Assembly: GCA_038040195.1 (NCBI GenBank)
Contig: JBBPIR010000001.1
Span: forward strand, 489,141 to 553,140
From: Chloroflexota bacterium
GTDB lineage: Bacteria > Chloroflexota > Limnocylindria > QHBO01
Direction of reading: 5' to 3'
Length of the DNA: 64,000 bases
The notes beneath the pieces were generated by a model that did no database searches, was not told the DNA's origin, and saw only the letters and a list, made by a program, of their open reading frames with translations. Numbering within the stretch: the first letter of the stretch is position 1; each line of letters starts with the position of its first letter. Of this stretch, positions 37,205-45,432 are shown in pieces. Both the position numbers and the translations under genes were made by a program.

Positions 37205-38484
37205 CGACCACCAAGCCGCCGCAAGCTGAGGACGCGGAGGAGCCACGCTCCGACGAGCCGCGCATCCCCGACCCGCTGGTATTGGACGCCATGGCCACCG
37301 GCGCGCCGCGCCAGGAGTTCTTCGGCTTCGACATCGTCCCGCCCCCCGACCGGCCGCCCCAGACCGAGCGCGAGCAGGAGGTCTACACCCTCGGCGACGG
37401 CGAAATGCTCGTCAACATGGGCCCCCAGCACCCCTCCACCCACGGCGTGATGCGCCTGGTGGTCAAGGTCCGCGGCGAGGTGGTCATCGACATCGACCCT
37501 GTGCTCGGCTACCTGCACCGAGGGATCGAGAAGCTGTGCGAAGAGGCCACCTACACCACGGTCCTGACCTACGTGGACCCCATGGACTACATGTCGGCCA
37601 TGCACAACGAGCACGCGCCGGCGATCGCGTTCGAGAAGCTGTACGGGATCCAGGCACCGCGCCGGGCGGAGTACATCCGGGCCCTGGTGGTCGAGCTGAA
37701 CCGGGTGTTCAGCCACGGCCTGATGATGGGCTTCCTGGCGCTCGACATCGGCGGCCTGACTCCCATCCTGTACGGCTTCATCAACCGCGACGAGGTGGTC
37801 GAGATGCTGGCCGCCATCTCCGGCCAGCGGATGCTGTTCAACTTCTTCCGAGTGGGCGGCGTGAACTTCGACACCAATGACGAGTTCATGTCGCGCCTCG
37901 GCCGATGGCGGGCCAACGTCCTGGACAACGTCGAGATGAACGAGAAGATCCTGACCGATAACGAGATCTTCCGGGCTCGGACCAGGGGGATGGGCACCCT
38001 GAGCGGCAAGGAAGCGATAGCTCTGGGGGTCAGCGGACCCAATCTGCGGGCCAGCGGGGTGCCGTTCGACGTCCGCAAGGCCCACCCGTACTGCATCTAC
38101 AACGAGCTCGAGTTCGACGTCATCACCCACACCGAGGGCGACACCTATGCCCGCTACATGCAGCGCATCGCGGAGCTGAAGCAGTCCATCCACCTTATCG
38201 ACCAGATCGTGGACAAGATGCCCCACGGCCCGGTCCAGGCCCAGGTGCCGGGGATCATCCGCCCTCGCCCCGGACGCGCCTATGCGGCCATCGAGTCGCC
38301 CCGTGGGCTGTACAGCGTGTACGCCATCAGCGACGGCGGCCCGAACCCGTATCGGTTCCGCATGCGCGACCCGAGCTTCATCAGCCTGCAGGTCATGCCC
38401 AAGCTCATGCCCGGGCACCTCATCGCCGACACCATGGCGATCATGGCCAGCCTGGATCCGATCATGGGCGGCGTGGACAAGTAG
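37201..38484 (+). CDS. nuoD: NADH-quinone oxidoreductase subunit D
   Basis: 427 aa. NMGPQHPSTHGV, and the C-terminal SLDPIMGGVDK. GTGA overlap with nuoC. Confidence 0.95.
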   Translation: MTTTKPPQAEDAEEPRSDEPRIPDPLVLDAMATGAPRQEFFGFDIVPPPDRPPQTEREQEVYTLGDGEMLVNMGPQHPSTHGVMRLVVKVRGEVVIDIDPVLGYLHRGIEKLCEEATYTTVLTYVDPMDYMSAMHNEHAPAIAFEKLYGIQAPRRAEYIRALVVELNRVFSHGLMMGFLALDIGGLTPILYGFINRDEVVEMLAAISGQRMLFNFFRVGGVNFDTNDEFMSRLGRWRANVLDNVEMNEKILTDNEIFRARTRGMGTLSGKEAIALGVSGPNLRASGVPFDVRKAHPYCIYNELEFDVITHTEGDTYARYMQRIAELKQSIHLIDQIVDKMPHGPVQAQVPGIIRPRPGRAYAAIESPRGLYSVYAISDGGPNPYRFRMRDPSFISLQVMPKLMPGHLIADTMAIMASLDPIMGGVDK

Positions 38485-38493
38485 GGGGCCGAA

Positions 38494-39513
38494 ATGGATC
38501 CGGCGACCATCGAAACCCTGCTCGGCGTCGGCCGTTTCGTGGCGGCAACGACCCTGCTGCTGCTGCTGACCGTGCCGACCGCGTTCATCGTGGGCCAGCT
38601 GGAGCTGAAGATCATCGCCCTCATGCAGCTCCGCTACGGCCCCAACCGGGTCGGCCCGCGCGGGATGTTCCAGAGCGCGATCCACGGCTTCAAGATCCTG
38701 GCCAAGGAGGACCAGACGCCGGATCGAGCCGACGTCCCGGTCTTCACCCTGGCGCCGTGGATGGTGTTCATGGCGGCCGCCATGAGCATGCTGGTCATCC
38801 CGTTCGCCCCGGGCCTTGTGGCCTTCGACTCCGACATCGGCGTCATCTACTTCTTCGCCATCATCGGTCTGTCGGTGGTCGGGATGCTGGTCGCCGGTTG
38901 GGCCAGCTACAACAAGTACGCGCTGCTGGGCGGGCTGCGGAGTGCGGCCCAAATGGTCAGCTACGAGATCCCGTTGACCCTGTCCATCGTGGGCGTGGTG
39001 GTCCTGACCGGGACGTTGTCGTTCACCCACATCGTCGAATGGCAGCTGGAGCACGGCTGGGCGGTCATCTGGCAGCTGGTCGGCTTCCCGATCTTCTTCA
39101 TCGCCGCCGCCGCGGAGATCAACCGCACCCCGTTCGACATGGTGGAGGCCGATTCGGAGATCGTGGCCGGCCCGTTCACCGAGTACTCGGGCATGCGATT
39201 CGGTTTCTTCTATTTTGCGGAGTACGTCGCACTTTTCATCATGTGCGGCATCCTGGTCACCCTCTTCTTCGGCGGGTGGCTGGCGCCGTGGCCCTTCCCG
39301 GCCCAGCTGGACGGCTTCGCCGGCACCGTCTACGGCCTGGTCTGGTTCTTCCTGAAGACGTACATCTTCGTGTTCATCGCGATCTGGGTGCGGGCTACCC
39401 TGCCCCGCGTGCGAGTCGACCAGCTCATGGGCATGGCCTGGAAGGCGCTCCTCCCGCTGGCGCTCATCAATCTGTTCGTGACCGCCGCGGTGGTCCTGAT
39501 CTTCAAGCTGTGA
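38494..39513 (+). CDS. nuoH: NADH-quinone oxidoreductase subunit H
   Basis: 339 aa, polytopic. EIVAGPFTEYSGMRFGFFYFAEY motif. It follows nuoD directly, the gene order of 11-subunit-type operons. Confidence 0.95.
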   Translation: MDPATIETLLGVGRFVAATTLLLLLTVPTAFIVGQLELKIIALMQLRYGPNRVGPRGMFQSAIHGFKILAKEDQTPDRADVPVFTLAPWMVFMAAAMSMLVIPFAPGLVAFDSDIGVIYFFAIIGLSVVGMLVAGWASYNKYALLGGLRSAAQMVSYEIPLTLSIVGVVVLTGTLSFTHIVEWQLEHGWAVIWQLVGFPIFFIAAAAEINRTPFDMVEADSEIVAGPFTEYSGMRFGFFYFAEYVALFIMCGILVTLFFGGWLAPWPFPAQLDGFAGTVYGLVWFFLKTYIFVFIAIWVRATLPRVRVDQLMGMAWKALLPLALINLFVTAAVVLIFKL

Positions 39514-39524
39514 TGGCCTGACAC

Positions 39525-40373
39525 ATGGCGATCCCCGGCTCCGGCCTGCTCACCGGCATGGGCGTCACCCTGCGCAACCTCTTCCGCCCCAAGGTGACGC
39601 AGCAGTACCCCGAGGTGCGCCCCGCCATGGCGGAGCGTTGGCGGGGTCGGCTGGACCTGATCTACGACCCGTTCGGGGAGCACAAGTGCGAGGTCTGCTT
39701 CCAGTGCGCCATGGTGTGCCCGGTGGAAGCCATTGACATGAGCGGCTTCGACTCGCAGGGCAACAAGATCCGATACGGGCTGCCCGAGATCTACGACGAG
39801 CGCCGGGACCCCAACGCCTTCCGACGGGCCGGCCTTCCATCCAGACCGATGCGCAACGCGGCGCGCTGGGAGGAAGCGGTAGATGACGCCTGGGTCGACC
39901 AGGTCGTAGATGGATTTGGCGGGCGTCCGGAGTCGCTGGTGGCCATCTTCGTCGCGGTCCAGACCCGATACGGGTACCTGCCCGAGCCCGCGTTGCGCCG
40001 GATCAGCGACAGGATGACGATCCACTGGGCCCAGGTCTTCGGGGCTGCCGGGCTGGGCGGCTTCCGGCTGCTGCCGACCGAGGGGCACCTGGTCACGGTG
40101 TGCGACTGCGCCGCGTGCCGCTTCGCCGGAGGCGACAAGCTCCTGGCGGCCCTGGAGGAGGAGCTGGGGGTACGGGCCGGGGAGACGACCGATGACGGCG
40201 CATTCACCCTGGAGACCGATGCGAGCGTGGGAGCGGGCGCGATTGCGCCGGCGGTGCGGATCGACACCCTGGTATACGGGCCGCTCAACGTCGACGAGGC
40301 ACGCCACCTGATCTACGCCCGGCGGGCGGAGAAGTCCCGCGCCGAGAAGCTCGGCGCCGGGGCGAGCGCCTGA
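39525..40373 (+). CDS. nuoI: Fusion: N-terminal half of NuoI (one 4Fe-4S motif only) + diverged NuoE-like thioredoxin-fold domain
   Basis: 282 aa. Residues 1-~95 are NuoI-like (QYPE...RWRGRLDLIYDPFGEHKCEVCFQCAMVCPVEAIDM). Residues ~120-270 are NuoE-like (VCDCAAC retained; the second Cys pair reads SVGAGAIAP). Confidence 0.8.
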   Translation: MAIPGSGLLTGMGVTLRNLFRPKVTQQYPEVRPAMAERWRGRLDLIYDPFGEHKCEVCFQCAMVCPVEAIDMSGFDSQGNKIRYGLPEIYDERRDPNAFRRAGLPSRPMRNAARWEEAVDDAWVDQVVDGFGGRPESLVAIFVAVQTRYGYLPEPALRRISDRMTIHWAQVFGAAGLGGFRLLPTEGHLVTVCDCAACRFAGGDKLLAALEEELGVRAGETTDDGAFTLETDASVGAGAIAPAVRIDTLVYGPLNVDEARHLIYARRAEKSRAEKLGAGASA

Positions 40374-41719
40374 TGGCGGCCGGCCTCTCCCCGCAGATCC
40401 GGATCCTCCCCGGCGGGGAGCACCGCCTGCTGGCCGGGATCGGGAAGCTGGACCCCGAGTCGCTGGCTGCGTACCGCAAGGCCGGTGGCTACCGCGGCCT
40501 GACCCGCGCCATCACCAAGCTCTCCCCCGACGAGGTCATCACCGAGATCTTCGCGTCCCGCCTCCGCGGCCGAGGGGGCGCTGGGTTCCCGGTGGCCGAC
40601 AAGTGGCGCGCCACCCGTTCCGCCCCCGGTGAGCGGAAGATCGCGGTCGCCAACCTGATGGGCGCCGACCCGACATCGCTGGGGGATCGGGCGCTGGCCG
40701 AGGGCAACCCCCACCTCGTCCTGGAGGGGCTGCTCATCGCCGCCGCCGCGGTGGGGGCCTCGGAGGCCATTCTGGCCGTGCGGCGCGACTGGACCGCGGG
40801 CATCGAGCGCCTCCGCAAGGCGGCGGCGGATGCCGAGGCCGCCCACCTGGCGGGCTACCTCATCCTGGGCACCGACGTATCGGTCCAGGTGTCGGTGTGG
40901 GAAGGCTCCGGCGCCTACGTGGCGGGGGAGGAGACGGCCCTCATCCACGCCCTCCAGGGCGACCGCGGCATGCCGCTCATCCGCCCCCCGTATCCTGCCG
41001 CGCGCGGGCTGTGGGGCGTCCCGACGCTGGTCCACAACGGCGAGACCCTGGCCCACGTGGCCTGGATCCTGGGCCACTCGGCAGGCGACTTTGCCAAGGT
41101 CGGGCCCGAGGAGGCGCCGGGCACCAAGCTGGTCACCATCGCCGGCGCGGTGCGCAACCCGGGTCTGGCGGAGGTCGCGATGGGCACCGTGGTCGCCGAC
41201 ATCGTCAAGCTGGCCGGCGGGTCGACCGGGACCGTGAAAGCCGCGTTCGTGGGTGGACCGGGTGCCGGCGCGCTGGCTGCCAACGAACTGTCTGACACGG
41301 GCTACGAATACGGCGCGCTGGGCGCCGCCGGCGCTCACATCGGTTCGGGATCGGTCCTGGTCACCGACGCCGCCACCTGCATGGTGGCCACCGCCCGCTT
41401 CCTGCTGGACTACTCCGCGCGCGAGGCATGCGGAAAGGCCGTCCCGTGCCGGATCGGTCCGTTGCGGCTGGTTGAGATCCTGGACCGCATCCTGGCCGCC
41501 ACCCCGCGCCCCAACGACCTGGTCCTGCTGCGCGAGCTGTCGGCCAAGATCGCCGACACCGCCCTGTGCCGCCTCGAATCGCTCGCCCCCAAACCCATGC
41601 TCACCACCCTGGATCGCTTCGAGGACGAGTACCGCGCCCACGCCGAGCGGGGCGTTTGCCTGGCGGGCTCGTGCAAGACGGACCCGGTCTCCCCGTTGCT
41701 GGCGCCGCTGGCGTCATAG
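40373..41719 (+). CDS. nuoF: Diverged NuoF-like flavoprotein subunit
   Basis: 448 aa. RLRGRGGAGFP and GSGAYVAGEETAL are conserved. The NADH-pocket loop reads NLMGADPTSLGDR. The N3 motif reads ACGKAVPC, with the middle Cys missing. Confidence 0.8.
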   Translation: MAAGLSPQIRILPGGEHRLLAGIGKLDPESLAAYRKAGGYRGLTRAITKLSPDEVITEIFASRLRGRGGAGFPVADKWRATRSAPGERKIAVANLMGADPTSLGDRALAEGNPHLVLEGLLIAAAAVGASEAILAVRRDWTAGIERLRKAAADAEAAHLAGYLILGTDVSVQVSVWEGSGAYVAGEETALIHALQGDRGMPLIRPPYPAARGLWGVPTLVHNGETLAHVAWILGHSAGDFAKVGPEEAPGTKLVTIAGAVRNPGLAEVAMGTVVADIVKLAGGSTGTVKAAFVGGPGAGALAANELSDTGYEYGALGAAGAHIGSGSVLVTDAATCMVATARFLLDYSAREACGKAVPCRIGPLRLVEILDRILAATPRPNDLVLLRELSAKIADTALCRLESLAPKPMLTTLDRFEDEYRAHAERGVCLAGSCKTDPVSPLLAPLAS

Positions 41720-41729
41720 GATTGGACCG

Positions 41730-44114
41730 ATGACCTTCGCAGGCAACGGCAACGGGAAAGGCAACAGCAGCATGGTGGGGCCCTTCGAGGACTACGCCCC
41801 CATCTGGCCGGTGGTGCCCGGCACGCGCAAGATTACGGTCACGATCAATGGCCGCCAGGTCCAGGCCGAGGAGGGCCAGACCATCCTCCAGGCCTGTCGG
41901 GTGCTTGGGCTCGAGATCCCCACCCTGTGCTACGAGCCCAAGCTGTCCCCGTACGGTGCCTGCCGGATCTGCGTGGTCGAGGTGGACGGCCAGGACAACA
42001 CGCCCATCTCGTGCGGGACCGACCTCGCCGAGGGGATGGTCATAACCACCCACTCGGAGCGGGTCATCGAGAACCGCCGCCTGGTGCTGGAGCTGATCTT
42101 CTCGGACCACGACGCGTACTGCCTGCCGCCCTGCCAGTTCAAGTGCCCCACCCGGGTCGACATCCCCGGCTACCTGAAAGCCAACGCGGAGGGCAACTGG
42201 GAAGAGGCGACCCGCATCCTGAAGCGCTCGCTCCCCTTCCCGGCCATCCTGGGTCGGGTGTGCCCCGCCCCCTGCGAGACCCACTGCCGGCGCGAAGAGG
42301 TGGACACCGCCATCGCCATCCGCGACTCGCATCGGTACTGCGCCGACCGGGTCCTGGAGGTGGACGCGCCGGCCCCGCTGCCGTGGCCCAAGGAATCGGA
42401 CACCGGGCGCCGGGTGGCGATCGTCGGTTCAGGGCCCGCCGGCATGACGGTGGCCTACTACCTCCAGCTGCGCGGGCATCACTGCGACGTGTTCGAGGCC
42501 GATCCCGAGCAGGGGGGAATGCTCCGCTACGGGATTCCCGAGTACCGCCTGCCCAACGGCTGGATGGACCGCGAGCTGAACCACGTCTGGGAGCTGGGCG
42601 CCACCTTCAAGCCGAACATGCGCCTGGGCCGCGACTTCCACCTGGCCGATCTGGTGGAGCAGGGCTACGACGCCATCTTCGTGGGCATCGGCTGCTACAA
42701 GCCCAACGAGATGGGGATTCCCGGCGAGGACGCCGACGGGACCGTCAACGCGCTGGAGAACCTGTACAACAGCACCCGCGGCATCCCGGTTCCCGCCCTG
42801 AAGGGGGCCAGCGTGGTGGTCATCGGCGGCGGCTTCACGGCCATCGACTGCACCCGGACCTCCCTCCGCCAGGGCGCAGCCGAGGTCAACCTGGTGTACC
42901 GCCGTGACCTGAAGGACATGCCAGCGCAGGACGAGGTCCACGAGGCCGCCGAGGAAGGCGCCAAGGTCACCTTCCAGGCCGCGCCGGTCCGCATCGTGAC
43001 CGATGCCAAGGGCAAGGTGACCGGGGTCGAGTTCCAGAAGATGCACCTGGGCGAGGCCGATGAGAAGGGCCGGCGCCGGCCGGAGCCCATGCCCGGCACC
43101 GAATTCATCATCGAGTGCGACACGGTCCTGGGTGCCATCGGCCAGGGGCCGGAGCTGGCGTGGATCGACTCCGAGCCCGATGAGATCCGCTCCGGGCTGG
43201 AGGTCAGCCGCCAGGGGCGTCTGGTGGCCGATGCGAACACGTTCCGCACAGGCATCCCCAAGATCTTCGCCGCCGGCGACGTGAACCTGGGGGCCACCAC
43301 CGTGGTGGAGGCCATCGGCGACGGTCGGCGGGCGTCGTATGCCATGGACTACTGGCTCCGCGGCCACGACCTGGACGACCCGCAGGTGCGGCGCATGGTG
43401 TCCGAGCCGCAGCCCTCGTTCCTGACCATCGTGCCCTTCACCGACGACGTGAAGGAGCCCCAGGCGGTGATGGGCAAGCTGGGCGCTGAGGAACGGCGCA
43501 CGAACTTCGAAGAGTACGAGCACGGCTACACCCACGACCAGGCCATGGGCGAGGCCGCCCGCTGCCTGCAGTGCACGTGCGAGGCGATTGGCCACTGCGA
43601 CCTGCGCGAGGCGGCCATCGAGTACGAGACCACCCTGAACATGACGATCGACGAGCGGTCGATCCAGGACAACCCGTATGTCGGCATCAACCACGGCTAC
43701 GGCCGGGACGAGACCCACTCGTTCATCCTGCGCGATTACTCGCGCTGCATCGATTGCGGCCGATGCGCCCAGGTGTGCAAGGACATCGTGGGCGCCGGGT
43801 GCTACGACTTCATCGGAAAGGGCTTCGACTCGCTGGTTACGACCGCCGATTACGTCTCGTTGAACGAAACGCCGTGCGTGTCATGCGGGCGGTGCGCGGA
43901 GACGTGCCCGGTGGGGGCGCTCATGCCGCGGCCGCGGATCCTGGAGACGTACCAGCTCGACGTGAGCCGCTGCATCTTCTGCGGCATCTGCGCCGACGCC
44001 TGCCCCTACGACGCGCTCCGCTGCGGCCCGGAGTTTGAGTTCAGCGAGTACCAGCGCGACCTGCCCATGCTCGACATCCTCGAGATGTCCGACCGGGAGC
44101 GCCCCACCCGCTAG
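41730..44114 (+). CDS. Multidomain Fe-S flavoprotein: NuoG-type 2Fe-2S domain + GltD-like FAD/NAD(P)H oxidoreductase + ferredoxin motifs + C-terminal half of NuoI
   Basis: 794 aa, with the ATG at 41730. Motifs are CYEPKLSPYGACRICVVEV...SCGT; CLPPCQFKCP and GRVCPAPCETHC; VAIVGSGPAGMTVAYYL; VVVIGGGFTAIDCTRTSLRQGAAEVNLVYRR; RCIDCGRCAQVC; and CVSCGRCAETCPVGAL. The protein ends with RCIFCGICADACPYDALRCGPEFEFSEYQRDL. No molybdopterin-like domain is present. Confidence 0.8.
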   Translation: MTFAGNGNGKGNSSMVGPFEDYAPIWPVVPGTRKITVTINGRQVQAEEGQTILQACRVLGLEIPTLCYEPKLSPYGACRICVVEVDGQDNTPISCGTDLAEGMVITTHSERVIENRRLVLELIFSDHDAYCLPPCQFKCPTRVDIPGYLKANAEGNWEEATRILKRSLPFPAILGRVCPAPCETHCRREEVDTAIAIRDSHRYCADRVLEVDAPAPLPWPKESDTGRRVAIVGSGPAGMTVAYYLQLRGHHCDVFEADPEQGGMLRYGIPEYRLPNGWMDRELNHVWELGATFKPNMRLGRDFHLADLVEQGYDAIFVGIGCYKPNEMGIPGEDADGTVNALENLYNSTRGIPVPALKGASVVVIGGGFTAIDCTRTSLRQGAAEVNLVYRRDLKDMPAQDEVHEAAEEGAKVTFQAAPVRIVTDAKGKVTGVEFQKMHLGEADEKGRRRPEPMPGTEFIIECDTVLGAIGQGPELAWIDSEPDEIRSGLEVSRQGRLVADANTFRTGIPKIFAAGDVNLGATTVVEAIGDGRRASYAMDYWLRGHDLDDPQVRRMVSEPQPSFLTIVPFTDDVKEPQAVMGKLGAEERRTNFEEYEHGYTHDQAMGEAARCLQCTCEAIGHCDLREAAIEYETTLNMTIDERSIQDNPYVGINHGYGRDETHSFILRDYSRCIDCGRCAQVCKDIVGAGCYDFIGKGFDSLVTTADYVSLNETPCVSCGRCAETCPVGALMPRPRILETYQLDVSRCIFCGICADACPYDALRCGPEFEFSEYQRDLPMLDILEMSDRERPTR

Positions 44115-44155
44115 ATCCGAGCCCGGGCCGGCGCTGGGCGGTATCCTCGGGCGGA

Positions 44156-44560
44156 ATGACCGATCTTCCCCAGCAGCCGATCGAGATGATCCTGCTCCGC
44201 CAGCTGTCGGAGCACCTGTCCATTCCGATGTGGGTCATCGACGGCGAGGGGGATCTCGTCTTTTTCAACGAGGCGGCCGAGCCGACCCTCGGCGTGCGGG
44301 CCGACGACGTTGACCAGATGCCGTTCGAGACCTGGACCACGTCCTTCCGGCCCCGGGATCTATCGGGCAATCCGCTGCCGCCCGAGGCGCTGCCCCCGAT
44401 CATCGCGCTGCGAAAGGGGGAACCGGCCCATGCCACGATCGAGATCACGGGCGGGGATGGGGTCGCGCGCCGGATCGGCGTCACCGCCTTCCCGCTGACC
44501 GGCGGCCACGGCGACATCATGGGCTCGGTGACGATGTTCTGGGAGTCCCCCAAGGCGTGA
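44156..44560 (+). CDS. Stand-alone PAS domain protein
   Basis: 134 aa. PAS-like pattern (IPMWVIDGEGDLVFFNEAAEPTLG ... GVARRIGVTAFPL). Located inside the nuo operon. Confidence 0.65.
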   Translation: MTDLPQQPIEMILLRQLSEHLSIPMWVIDGEGDLVFFNEAAEPTLGVRADDVDQMPFETWTTSFRPRDLSGNPLPPEALPPIIALRKGEPAHATIEITGGDGVARRIGVTAFPLTGGHGDIMGSVTMFWESPKA

Positions 44561-45402
44561 TCGTCCGTCTGTGGGGCACCCGCGGGTCGGTGGCGGCCGC
44601 CGGCCCCCAGACCGCGCGCTATGGCGGCAACACGGCCTGCGTGGAGGTGCGCGGCGACGATGGGACGCTGCTCGTCCTCGACGCGGGGACCGGCATCCAG
44701 CGCCTGGGCGCTGAGGTCGCGATGGAGGCGGGGCGGATCGACATCCTGCTGACCCACCTCCACATGGACCACATCCAGGGCCTGGGCTTCTTTGCCCCGA
44801 TCTTTCGCCCCGGCTGCGAGATCCACATCTGGGGTCCGCCCTCGCCGACGCTCCATCTGCGCGCCCGCCTGACGCGCTACCTCTCCCCGCCCCTGTTCCC
44901 CATCCGCTTGCGCGACCTGCGTGCCAACTTCGACTTTCACGATGCTCCACAGGAGCCGTTCCGGATCGGTCCATTCACCATCCTGGCCGATGAGGTCATC
45001 CATCCCGGCGCGACCCTCGGCTTTCGGGTCAGCGAGAACGGCCGTTCCCTGGCCTACCTGAGCGACCACGAGCCGGCGCTCGGGACGGGGAACGGAGATG
45101 GCAACACATCCTGGGTGAGCGGGCTGCGCCTGGCGCGCGGGGCGGACGTGCTCATCCACGACGCCCAATACACGAACGAAGAGCGTGCCGAGCGGCTGGG
45201 CTGGGGCCACTCATCGGTCGGCGAGGCCATTGCCTTCGCGCGCCGCGCCCAGGTCGGCAAGCTGGTCCTGTTCCACCACGATCCGGCACGAACCGACGAT
45301 CAGATGGACGTCCTGGCCATGGCGGCCGCGGACCTGGCCGCGTCCACCGCCAACGGCCTGCAGGTGACCGCCGGGCGCGAGGGCGATCAGCTCTTGCCGT
45401 AG
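44557..45402 (+). CDS. MBL-fold metallo-hydrolase
   Basis: 281 aa. HLHMDHIQG (HxHxDH) and the later LFHHD. 4-nt overlap with the PAS gene. Confidence 0.8.
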   Translation: MIVRLWGTRGSVAAAGPQTARYGGNTACVEVRGDDGTLLVLDAGTGIQRLGAEVAMEAGRIDILLTHLHMDHIQGLGFFAPIFRPGCEIHIWGPPSPTLHLRARLTRYLSPPLFPIRLRDLRANFDFHDAPQEPFRIGPFTILADEVIHPGATLGFRVSENGRSLAYLSDHEPALGTGNGDGNTSWVSGLRLARGADVLIHDAQYTNEERAERLGWGHSSVGEAIAFARRAQVGKLVLFHHDPARTDDQMDVLAMAAADLAASTANGLQVTAGREGDQLLP

Positions 45403-45432
45403 AATCGGTCACGGCCTCTCGAGCGAGGCCGT

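Noticed and set aside
37045-39054. 669-aa minus-strand ORF over nuoD/nuoH. The antisense ORFs at 46703..48112, 48672..49628 and 42429..43718 over the nuo genes are analogous.
   Set aside because: They are antisense to unmistakable complex I subunits, and their composition is that of a shadow frame.
39525-40373. The NuoI-NuoE fusion as a simple sequencing frameshift joining two normal genes.
   Set aside because: It is not fully excluded. Against it, a normal nuoI would still need its second Cys motif, which is absent from all three frames here and is found instead at the end of the 794-aa protein. Read-level verification is still required.
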